Shown in pieces: positions 55,157 through 64,000 of a DNA stretch of 64,000 nucleotides. The stretch comes from Alphaproteobacteria bacterium. GTDB taxonomy: Bacteria > Pseudomonadota > Alphaproteobacteria > GCA-2731375. The first letter of the stretch is position 1. The number at the start of each line of letters is the position of its first letter. Location of the stretch: NCBI GenBank assembly GCA_965225945.1, contig CBDDBZ010000039.1:480001-544000 (forward strand), read 5' to 3'. The translations under genes were made by a program, and so were the position numbers. Below the pieces are notes generated by a model, which had not been told where the DNA came from, searched no databases, and saw nothing but the letters and a program-made list of their open reading frames with translations.

Positions 55157-56653
55157 TCAGGGGGTCAGGCGGGCGTAATGTTCCCTAAGTCGAACCCCGA
55201 GGGCCCGCGTATGGGAGAGATCGCTCGCGTCGAGTGGTACGCGGGCCCGGCTGGCCGCGTCGGCTGCTTGGGCCTTCAGTTCCTGCTTGTCGAGGTCTCG
55301 GAGCTCGCCCTCGCGATAGAGGACGCGTCCATCGACCATGGTGAGACGAACGTCGCCACCGCTGGCGCGGGCCAGCAGCGCATCGAGCAGCGCCATGTCG
55401 GGATCGAGGTAGGGCTCGCGCACCGCTTCGAGATCGATCGCCACCAAGTCCGCCTTGGCACCGATCCGAAGCGCGCCGGTTTCATGGGCCACTTGCGCCG
55501 CCGCCGCGCCGTTGATCGTCAACATCGCCAGCAGGTCGCTCGTGGCAGGCGGTGGGCTCCCGTGCCAATCCGGCGTCCGCGCCAGCAGGTCGGCGAGCCT
55601 GAGCTCGCGCAGCAGATCCTCGTCATCGGCGAGCGTGGTGTTGTCGGTCCCGATCGCGACCTTGACGCCACGATCGAGCCAGGATGCCAACGGCGCCGCG
55701 CCGTTATGGACTCTGAGGTTGCTGCCCGGGTTGCGAACGATGATGGCGCCTCGTTCGGCGATGTGATCGAGATCGCGATCTTCCACGTACACACCGTGGG
55801 CGAAGACGGTCCGCGCGCTCAAGGCGCCGAGGCGTTCGAGATGCGCCATCGGCCCATCGCGATAGAGCTGGCGCGACGCCGCGCGCTGCGCCGGCGACTC
55901 GACCAGGTGCATGTGCAGCCCCAGACCCTTGGCGTCGGCATCGGCGGCGAGATGGGCCATGAGTTCGTCCGACACCCATTGCAGTCCGGCCGGGCCATAG
56001 CAGAAGCCGATTCGCGGGTGGCCGGCATAATCCGCCAGGAGCCTTTCCATCAACGCCACCGTCGCCTGCCCGTCGCCCGCGTAAGGTCCGGGATACGGCA
56101 CCTCCAGCCAGCGCCTCAGATCGCCCGGCAATGCGGCGAGAAAAGCATCCTCGTTGGGCGGATAGACGACGAAGCCCCTGTCCATGGCACCGACACACAT
56201 GGTGACGCGCATGCCGGCTTCGTCATAGGCGCGAAGTGCGGCGCGGATTTCGGCCTCGTAATCGCCGCTGCCGTAGCTGTAGTTCGCGTGGACCGTTGTC
56301 GTGACGCCGAACTCCAGCATGCAGGCGGCCGCCAGTTTGGTGATCGGATAGGGGTCGAGCGAGCCTCGCGAGCGACGACTGGCGATCCAGAGTTCGAGGA
56401 AGTCCTCGGCGTAGCCGAGCTGGATCTGGCTGAGACCCCGGCCGTGTTGGTGGGCATTCACGAAACCCGGCATGATCAGCGTGCCGGGCAGATCCTCGAC
56501 GCGGGCATCGGCAAAACGCCGGCGCAGCACCTCCGGCGTGTCGATAGCGGCGATGGAGCTACCCGAGACGGCAATGGCGGCGCCGAGCTTTAGCGTTCTG
56601 GGATCCGCCTCGGGCAAGAGGCAGTCCGGAGCGAGAATGATGGCGTCGGACAT
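55157..56653 (-). CDS. Amidohydrolase (chlorohydrolase/SsnA-like)
   Basis: PGFVNAHQH, HMHLVES, FAHGV, NPGSN, IGTD. Confidence 0.9.
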   Translation of the reverse strand: MSDAIILAPDCLLPEADPRTLKLGAAIAVSGSSIAAIDTPEVLRRRFADARVEDLPGTLIMPGFVNAHQHGRGLSQIQLGYAEDFLELWIASRRSRGSLDPYPITKLAAACMLEFGVTTTVHANYSYGSGDYEAEIRAALRAYDEAGMRVTMCVGAMDRGFVVYPPNEDAFLAALPGDLRRWLEVPYPGPYAGDGQATVALMERLLADYAGHPRIGFCYGPAGLQWVSDELMAHLAADADAKGLGLHMHLVESPAQRAASRQLYRDGPMAHLERLGALSARTVFAHGVYVEDRDLDHIAERGAIIVRNPGSNLRVHNGAAPLASWLDRGVKVAIGTDNTTLADDEDLLRELRLADLLARTPDWHGSPPPATSDLLAMLTINGAAAAQVAHETGALRIGAKADLVAIDLEAVREPYLDPDMALLDALLARASGGDVRLTMVDGRVLYREGELRDLDKQELKAQAADAASRARVPLDASDLSHTRALGVRLREHYARLTP

Positions 56654-56837
56654 GGTGCCCTCCTCGTTCTGTCGAACACGGGCGGCGAGCCGGCAGGTGA
56701 CGCCGCGACGCGGTGGATTGGGCCGGCACTATAACCTCCGCGCGTCGCGCGCGGGCAGCGGTTTGAAATCGACGGCGCGCGATCGGCTCTATGGTAAGGT
56801 TGCGCCCTGGGCTCGTAATCGGGGATGGAGACGTTTC

Positions 56838-58115
56838 ATGGATAGCTATTCGGACTCCGCGAAAATTCGGAACGAGGTCTCCGAGGAGCGGCTGCTGAAT
56901 TTAGAGCGCGCCTTGATCCGCATCCCGAGTTCCGCCTTCGAAGAGCATGAGATCGCCGACTATCTCGCCAACTACATGTCCGACATCGGCCTCGAGGTCG
57001 AGATGATGACGGTCGAGAACCCTCGCGAAGCGGGCGCCTTCAGCCGACAACCGATAGGCCGTCTAAGAGGAAGCGGGGGCGGTCCCAGTCTGATGCTGAA
57101 CGGCCACATGGATCCGGGCGTGGAAATGCCGGGCTGGTCGGTCGACCCTTACGGCGCCAAGTTCGAGGACGGCTGGGTCTGGGGCATGGGGGCGCACGAC
57201 GACAAGGGCGGCATCGCCGCCATGATCACGGGCGTGGAGGCGGTCATCCGGGCCGGCGCGCCGCTGAAGGGCGACGTTCTGGTCTGTCCGGTGGTGGCGC
57301 ACAAATACGGCGGCGCCGGTACGCGGGCACTGGTCGAGGCCGGTGTTTTGCCGGATCTCTGCATCAACCTCGAGCACTCGGCCAACACCATCGCCAACGT
57401 CTGCGTCGGCATCATCATGGCGCGGATCAAGACCCGGACGCCGGACCTGTTCTTCCGCTATAGCGCCGAGGCGAAAGCCGGCTACTTCAACGCCATCGAG
57501 CAGCAGGCCGAAATTCTGCGCCGACTCGGGTCCAGCCTGGATCCGATTCCCGAGGGTGGTTGGCTCGACTTCGTGGCCCACCCGGATCTACCGGGCTTTC
57601 CGATGCACTGCGTCGACTCGATCCACAAGGAACATTATTATCATACGAACTACACAGGTCTTTCGACGCGCGAATGCGACCTGTTGCTTCAGGTTCGCAC
57701 CGTCCCCGGTCAGACGCTTGCGAGCGTGCGGGCCGATATGATCCGGCTGCTGGACGCTATCGGGGCGGACCATCCGGCCTTCGCCTACGAACTGGCCATA
57801 CCGGCGCCGGGTACCGAGGACGGCTGGTTTCAAGATCCGATGGAGCTGGCCAAGGACCACCCCATGGTCGTCGGCCTGGCGGAAGGCCATCGCTTTGCCT
57901 CCGGCGAGGCCCCCCATGTCGGCGGCATCGGCCGGCTCGGCAATGTCGGCGACGGCAACATCATGGCGGCGGCCGGAGTCCCGAGCCTGCAATACGGTCC
58001 CGGCGATATCCGCATCTATGACGAATGGCCGACCCCGGACGAGCGGGTGCAACTGAAGGATCTGATGATCGCCGCCAAGGCGATCGCGCACGCGGTCCAC
58101 GCCCTCTGCGTTTGA
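56838..58115 (+). CDS. M20 (ArgE/DapE-like) hydrolase, divergent
   Basis: LMLNGHMD, WGMGAHDDKGG, YGPGD, PDERV. Confidence 0.82.
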   Translation: MDSYSDSAKIRNEVSEERLLNLERALIRIPSSAFEEHEIADYLANYMSDIGLEVEMMTVENPREAGAFSRQPIGRLRGSGGGPSLMLNGHMDPGVEMPGWSVDPYGAKFEDGWVWGMGAHDDKGGIAAMITGVEAVIRAGAPLKGDVLVCPVVAHKYGGAGTRALVEAGVLPDLCINLEHSANTIANVCVGIIMARIKTRTPDLFFRYSAEAKAGYFNAIEQQAEILRRLGSSLDPIPEGGWLDFVAHPDLPGFPMHCVDSIHKEHYYHTNYTGLSTRECDLLLQVRTVPGQTLASVRADMIRLLDAIGADHPAFAYELAIPAPGTEDGWFQDPMELAKDHPMVVGLAEGHRFASGEAPHVGGIGRLGNVGDGNIMAAAGVPSLQYGPGDIRIYDEWPTPDERVQLKDLMIAAKAIAHAVHALCV

Positions 58116-58116
58116 A

Positions 58117-59403
58117 CTATCTGGCGATCAGCTCGGGCATGAAGAGGGCGATGCTCGGGAACGCGATCAGCAGGGCGACCATGATCATCAGGCCGACGAC
58201 GAAAGGGGCGGCGCCCAGCATCACATCGTGCAATTGGCCCCGCCCGCGCACGCCCTGCACCACGAAAAGGTTGATGCCGACCGGCGGCGTGATCATCGCC
58301 GTCTCGATCAGCAGCATGATCAAAATGCCGAACCACACGGGATCGAAACCGAGGCCCACGACGACGGGGGTGATGATCGGCACCGTCGCGATCATCATCG
58401 ACAGCGTCTCCATGAACATGCCGAGCACCAGATAGAACAGCACGATCACCAGCAGCGTGTGCATCGGCGCAAGTCCCACCTCGGTGACATAGGAATTGAC
58501 CTGGGCGGCGAGACCGGTGCTGGAGAGCACCCAGTTGAGGAAATAGGCGCCGATCAGGATCGCCATGATCATCGCGGTGGTACGCATCGTGCCTTCGATG
58601 GTGTCGCGCAGCATCGAAAGCGTGAGGCGCCGCTTCCAGGCCGTCAGGGCGAAGGCGATAATGACGCCCAGCGCCGCCGATTCCGTCGGCGTCGCGAGAC
58701 CGCCGTAGATCGAGCCGATGACGACGAAGAAGATGATCAGCGGCGGTATCAGGTCCGGCAGCGAGCGCCAACGGTCGCTCCAAGTGCTGTCGATGGGCCT
58801 TCCGCCGAGTTCGGGTTTGATCACACAGGCGATGACCACCTGCGCCATGAACACCGCCGCCAAAATCAGCCCCGGTATCATGCCGGCGAGATAGAGCTGC
58901 GGGATCGAGGTCTCCGTGAGCACGCCGTAGACGATCATGTTGATCGAGGGTGGAATCAGGATCCCGAGGGTCCCGCCGGCGGCGATCGTGCCGAGGAAGA
59001 AGCGCTCGTTGTAGCCGTATCGATCGATCTGCTCGATGGCGACGGTGCCGATGGTGGCGGCGGTGGCGACGGAGGAGCCGGAGACCGCGGAGAACAGCGT
59101 GCAAGTACCGATGTTGGAATGCATCAGGCCGCCGGGCAGCCACGATAGCCAATGTATCATGGCGCCATACATCCGCTCGGCGATGCCGGCCCTGAGCAGG
59201 ATTTCGCCGAGCAGGATGAAGAGAGGCACCGCCACCAAGATGACGTCGATGGAAACGCCCCAGGAGATTTCGCCGATCGCCGGGAAGATGCGGCCGCCGT
59301 AATAAATCTGGTCGAGCACGAAGCCGACGCTACCCAGGACCGCGGCGACGGGAATGGAGAGCGCCAGCAGGCCGAGAAGAATGCCGACGGTGATCCAGAT
59401 CAT
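58117..59403 (-). CDS. dctM: TRAP transporter large permease
   Basis: SGSSVATAATIG, GGTLGILIPPS, TPTES, ITPPVGINL. Confidence 0.94.
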   Translation of the reverse strand: MIWITVGILLGLLALSIPVAAVLGSVGFVLDQIYYGGRIFPAIGEISWGVSIDVILVAVPLFILLGEILLRAGIAERMYGAMIHWLSWLPGGLMHSNIGTCTLFSAVSGSSVATAATIGTVAIEQIDRYGYNERFFLGTIAAGGTLGILIPPSINMIVYGVLTETSIPQLYLAGMIPGLILAAVFMAQVVIACVIKPELGGRPIDSTWSDRWRSLPDLIPPLIIFFVVIGSIYGGLATPTESAALGVIIAFALTAWKRRLTLSMLRDTIEGTMRTTAMIMAILIGAYFLNWVLSSTGLAAQVNSYVTEVGLAPMHTLLVIVLFYLVLGMFMETLSMMIATVPIITPVVVGLGFDPVWFGILIMLLIETAMITPPVGINLFVVQGVRGRGQLHDVMLGAAPFVVGLMIMVALLIAFPSIALFMPELIAR

Positions 59404-60008
59404 TCCTCGCCCTCCGTAATGGGTTCGCCGTCGGCACCATCATCGGCGCCCTTGAGCTCCTGCTGTATCTCCTGCGTGACGGAGCGCGAGCCGATCAGGC
59501 GCGCGACCGTGGCGATATCTCCGCTGACCAGCGCGATGACCGCCCGGGTCAACAACAGAAGTGCGATCAGGACGAACATCGTCAGCCCGATCACCCAGAG
59601 GCTCTGGGGATAGATCAGCGGCGTCGCGATCGGCGACATCGAATGGGCGTCGAAGTCGATCGTGTTCCAGAGCACGCCGTAGCCGTAGTAGGTCACCATG
59701 GCGAGGAAGGCCATGAAGGTCGTCAGGCCGAGGATATCCAACAGCGCGCAGAGCCGGGCCGGTAGCGTGATGTAAAGTGAGTCGATGCGGACATGGGCGC
59801 GCTCCGTCAAGGCGAAGGCGAAGGACCAGGCGCTGCCGATCGCCAGCGCATAGCCCGAAAGCTCGTCGGCGCCGCCTATGGTCCAATTGAACAGCTTACG
59901 GCCGACGACATCGATGCCGATGATGAAGGCGGCGATGACCAGCAGCGCGCCCCCGAACCACGCGCCGAACCGCGAGAGGCGCCGCGCGTAATCAAGCAGG
60001 CGGTCCAT
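59400..60008 (-). CDS. dctQ: TRAP transporter small permease
   Basis: Four hydrophobic segments; GADELSGY, AHVRID. Confidence 0.9.
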   Translation of the reverse strand: MDRLLDYARRLSRFGAWFGGALLVIAAFIIGIDVVGRKLFNWTIGGADELSGYALAIGSAWSFAFALTERAHVRIDSLYITLPARLCALLDILGLTTFMAFLAMVTYYGYGVLWNTIDFDAHSMSPIATPLIYPQSLWVIGLTMFVLIALLLLTRAVIALVSGDIATVARLIGSRSVTQEIQQELKGADDGADGEPITEGEE

Positions 60009-60083
60009 GCATCAAACTCTCGGAATGCTAGGGGCCCGCGACGGCGTGCCTTCGCCATCGCGGGCCCGATACCCTTGCGGGGC

Positions 60084-61148
60084 TCAGAGTTTGTCGAGCG
60101 GGATCTTCAGCCCGATCACCGGTCCGACCGTCTCGTTCCACTCCTTGGCGCAGGCCTTGCCGCAGCGCTTGCCCCATTCGACCAGGACGACCTCTTGCAT
60201 CAGCTTCTTGTGCGCCTGCTTGTCGGCCTCGCTCACCGTGACGATGGTCATGTCGGCCTTCTTGCCGAAGTTGCACGGGTCCTTGCCGGTGTTGCAGTTG
60301 TCGGCTTCCGCCGCCGACTGCCCGACCGTCGACCACATGTCGTCCTCGAGGACGGCCATGGCCTTCACGAAGAAGGCCCTCACGTCCGGCGCGAAGCGGT
60401 TCCAGGACTTCAGGTTGACCGCCTGGAAGTTGATGCTCCAGCCGAGATACATCGGCAGGATATGCGTGGTGACCTCGGGCCAGCCGGCCGAGTTGCCGCT
60501 GGTCGTGCCGGTGACGGCGCAATCGACGACACCGCGCTGCAAGGCCGGAACCACCTCTCCGAAGGCCATGGAGATCGACGTGGCGTCCAGGGCTTTCACG
60601 AAATCCGACATGGTCTTGTTGAACACCCGGATCTTCTTGCCCGCCATGTCGGCGATGCCGCTGACCTTGTCGCGACACCAGAACACCTGCGGCGGGTTGG
60701 TGCCGAGAGCCAGCAGCTTGGCATTGAACTTCTGCCCCATCACTCGGTTCATCACCGGCTTCCAGGCATTGCAGACCTTGCGCGCGGTCTGAATATCGAG
60801 TGCCAGTCCGGCGAGATCGCAGCCCTCGAAGACCGGCGCGTCGCCGGCCATCTTGGAGATGTCGCTGACGCCGAAATCGGTAACGCCGAGTTTGATCAGC
60901 CGTAGGACCTGAAAGTCCTTCACGCCCATCAGGTCTTGATGGGCATAATCGGAGGTGATCCGCCCCTTTCCCATCTTGGGGACGGTCTTGCTCCAGAACC
61001 TCTGCTCGACCTCGGCGACATGGGCGACGGTGCTGTAGTTGCCGATCACCTTGACGTGGGTCTTAGTCAACTCCTGGGCCGAGGCCGGGGCGCTCGCGGC
61101 GAGCGCAGCGGCGGCGAGCAACGACGAGAACAATCGAAATGTCCGCAT
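60084..61148 (-). CDS. dctP: TRAP transporter substrate-binding protein
   Basis: Signal peptide, GKKIRV, EVVPALQRGVVD. Confidence 0.9.
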   Translation of the reverse strand: MRTFRLFSSLLAAAALAASAPASAQELTKTHVKVIGNYSTVAHVAEVEQRFWSKTVPKMGKGRITSDYAHQDLMGVKDFQVLRLIKLGVTDFGVSDISKMAGDAPVFEGCDLAGLALDIQTARKVCNAWKPVMNRVMGQKFNAKLLALGTNPPQVFWCRDKVSGIADMAGKKIRVFNKTMSDFVKALDATSISMAFGEVVPALQRGVVDCAVTGTTSGNSAGWPEVTTHILPMYLGWSINFQAVNLKSWNRFAPDVRAFFVKAMAVLEDDMWSTVGQSAAEADNCNTGKDPCNFGKKADMTIVTVSEADKQAHKKLMQEVVLVEWGKRCGKACAKEWNETVGPVIGLKIPLDKL

Positions 61149-61361
61149 GAGTCTTCCCTCCAATGACGTGCCGCCTCGAACCGCGCGGAGCAATGGTGGA
61201 TCTGTCGACTTCTCCAAATAGCTCCCGTGTTCGGTCGCGGCGACGCTTCAAGTCTCGTGTAAACAACTCGGGCGGACCGGCCCCGATTTCTCAGGCGCTG
61301 ACCGGAAGCGATCCACCAAGTCGCATTATGGTCGAGACGGTCGGGGCTTGTCACTCACCAA

Positions 61362-61426
61362 GTGCCGTCCGCTCCCGGCTCCAACCCCGGGGATGGCACC
61401 CTCGGGGTGGTCGGGAGGGGCGGCAC
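61362..61426. repeat. Structured intergenic repeat R4 (opposite orientation, more diverged)
   Basis: Reverse complement contains accaccccgagggtgccatccccggggttgg inside an outer stem gtgccg / cggcac. Confidence 0.5.
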
Positions 61427-61658
61427 CGCCTGGGAGCGGGTGGCTCGGCTGGGTCGCAGAGTGATCTCCAAGGGTGGCGTCGAGGTGTCCGAGCGGCTCG
61501 CCCGGGCGCCGCTGGTCGAAGGGCGTCAGCTCGATGGGCACGATCTCCAGGTCCAGGTCGCGCCAATGCTACGTGTCGGCGTCGGCGTCCAAGCCCCGGT
61601 AGAACGACCGTCTCGACTGCGCTAAGCTTTTGCCTCGTTCGCGTTTGGGGGAGTGCGC

Positions 61659-64000
61659 ATGACGGGCGGAGAGCCTATCCGCAGGCTCACGACGATCGTC
61701 GCTGCCGATGTCGCGGGCTACAGCCGGCTGACCGCGAGCGACGAGGAGGGAACGCTTGCTGCCTTGCGCTCTCACCGCTCCGAGCTAATCGAGCCCAAGA
61801 TTGCCGAGTATCGAGGGCGGATTGCCAACACCGCCGGCTGTATCGCACCCGGTTCCTTGGACACAAGTTTGTCTCATGCGGCGGGCCTGAGTGACATCGC
61901 GGTGTGCCACGCCTGACGAGCTTGAGCGGGGCTCAGGTAGCCGTTCTTCTCCACGATCCACTGGGCATTGTACTGTTCGACGAACCCGCGGACGGCGTTC
62001 CGCAGCTCCGCGATGTTGCGGTAGATGCGGCCATGGATGATCTGTTCCTTGAGCGTGCGATTGAACCTCTCGGCGACGCCGTTGGTCTGGGGCTGTTCGA
62101 CGAAGGCGTAGGACGGCTGGATGCCCCAGAACTTGATCTGGTTGGTGAAGTGGTCCGACAGATACTGGGAGCCGTGATCCATCCGCAAGGCCAGCCCCCG
62201 CGCCGCACCGGCGGAGGTCGAGGCATACAGCCTCGCAAGCCCCATGGAGATCGGCTGAAGGGCGGCGAAGCGGTCGCCTCGCTTGCACACATGCCAGCCG
62301 ACGCACTCGGCGTTCCAATGCTCGATGGCGGTGAATATCCAGCCCCAGCCGTCGTCCACCGTGAACACCCGAACGCCGTCCGTGCCCCACATGAGGTTGG
62401 GGGCATGGGTGATGATCTCACCGACATGGGGATTTCCGCCACGGCGGCGGCAGCGATGGGGCGAGAGCAGGTTGTTCTCGCGCATCACCCGGAGCACCCG
62501 CTTGCGGGAAACACGGATGCCACGACAGACCCGAAGCCGAGCCCAGACCTTGCGGTGTCCCTCGCCCTCCCAGGGGGATGCCTCCAGGTCGGCCTCGATG
62601 GCCACCAGCAGAGCCTCGTCCGAGATCGAGGGCTTCGGTCCCCGGCGCTTTGCTGGTGGGCGCTCAGCGGTGGCCTGCTGCCGGGATTTCATGGCGTAGA
62701 ACGAGGAACGGGCAAAACCCCAGGCCGCACAGACCCGCTGGAGGCCGTAGGCCAAACCCGTGCCGGGAGAGGTGGCGGCACTCATCGCCGCGACCTCCGC
62801 CGCCCCAAAGGGCCGGACGTCTCCGTCTTGGCCTCCAGCAGTTCCACCTGCATGATCAACTCCCCGATCCGCTTCATGGCGATGTCCAGTTCCGCCTTTA
62901 CCGGATCGCCCTTGCGTTCCTTGAGCGAGGCATCGATCCCGGCGATCGCCTTCTCACGCCACTGCTCGAGCCGGAAAATCTCCACGCCCAACTGCCGCGA
63001 CAAAAGTTCCACCGGCTCGCCACGCAAAAGCCGCAGGGCAACCTCACGCTTGCGCGTCACCGTCCACCGCTGGCCAAGTCCCAGCGGGCCTGCCGGCGAA
63101 ACCTGGCCCGGGGAAAACGTGGACGAGCCAAGCTCGCCCTCGTTTACCACAGGCCCATCAACAGCAACTTTGTTCTCAAAATTGTCGGTCATGTTCCGGT
63201 CCTCCTTGGACACTTCGATTAAGCCAATTCTGTGTCCAAGGAAATCGGGTCCGACTCACCAACACCGCCGGCGACAGCCTCCTCATCGAGTTTCCAAGCG
63301 TGGTCGAAGCCTTCCGCTGCACCGTCGAAATCCAGCACGAGATGGTCGAGCGTAATCGCAAGACGCCGGAGGACGAGCGCATTAGGTTTCGCATCGGCAT
63401 CAACGTCGGCGATGTCATGGAGCAGGACGGTGACCTGTTGGGCGATGGCGTCAACGTTGCCGCGCGTCTTCAGGAGATCGCCGAGCCTGGCGGCGTTTCC
63501 ATCTCTGACATGGTGCACCAACAGATTGAGGACAAAGTCGACTCCGCGTTCGAGAATGCAGGCAAGCATCAGGTAAAGAACATGGTGCGGCCCATCCACG
63601 TCTGGCGTTGGGAGGGCGAAGGATCTCCCGCGCCCCCGCGCGGGCCCGACTTATCGAAACCGCCGCCGCTACCCGACAAGCCCTCGATCGCCGTCCTGTC
63701 CTTCGAAAACATGTCGACCGACCCGGAGCAAGAGTATTTTTCCGACGGCATCGCCGAAGACATCATCACCTCGCTCTCCAAGCTCTCGCAGCTCATGGTG
63801 ATCGCCCGCAACTCGACATTCGCCTACAAGGGCAGGCCAGCGAAGGTGCAGGAAATCGCCGAGGAACTGGGCGTCCGCTACGTCGTCGAAGGCAGCGTTC
63901 GCAAAGCCGGCAACCGTGTGAGAATTACCGCACAGTTGATCGATTGCACCACCGGGGCCCATGTTTGGGCCGATCGGTTCGATCGGGAACTGACCGACAT
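61659..64000 (+). pseudogene. Class III adenylate/guanylate cyclase with TolB-like domain, split by an IS3-like element (runs off window)
   Basis: AADVAGYSRL..ANTAG | DSLLIEF..FRIGINVGD..GDGVNVAARL..PDKPSIAVLSFENMS. Confidence 0.9.
61839..63258 (-). mobile_element. IS3-like two-ORF element (orfA 63192..62782, orfB 62785..61874)
   Basis: TG..CA ends sharing ccttggacaca; rve core WGTD, MDHGSQY, NGVAERF; 14-bp duplication ccaacaccgccggc. Confidence 0.92.

Overview
GC-rich alphaproteobacterial chromosomal window. It carries a conserved backbone (DUF2062-spoT-rpoZ-folK-NYN-udg, smpB-dapA-slt, arginyltransferase, ilvA, motAB, penicillin acylase, tRNA-Arg(ACG)) and catabolic or transport genes (three luciferase-like oxidoreductases, two amidohydrolases, a hydantoinase/oxoprolinase A/B pair, an M20 hydrolase, a TRAP system). 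About a quarter of the window (~15.6 kb by my summed boundaries) is IS-derived: IS630, two IS66, two IS4, two IS1595-family elements, IS21, an IS3-like element and a triple nest IS66>IS1595>IS21. These insertions split at least four host genes. The most notable items are: (1) a transposase-less ~750-bp cassette present twice, with 43-bp inverted repeats containing an NrdR-box-like palindrome, 8-bp target duplications and a leucine-rich-repeat-variant cargo ORF; (2) a 1.3-kb integrase-less islet bounded by a 106-bp duplication of a gene tail, carrying a GNAT-like/small-ORF pair and a dead NYN gene; (3) a dispersed structured repeat in four copies, two of which bracket a decayed polysaccharide islet; (4) an slt gene with two consecutive in-frame TAG codons inside its catalytic domain; (5) an M20 hydrolase with a non-canonical active site; (6) an IS3-like element with a 14-bp target duplication. 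All calls come from manual reading; no database searches were run.
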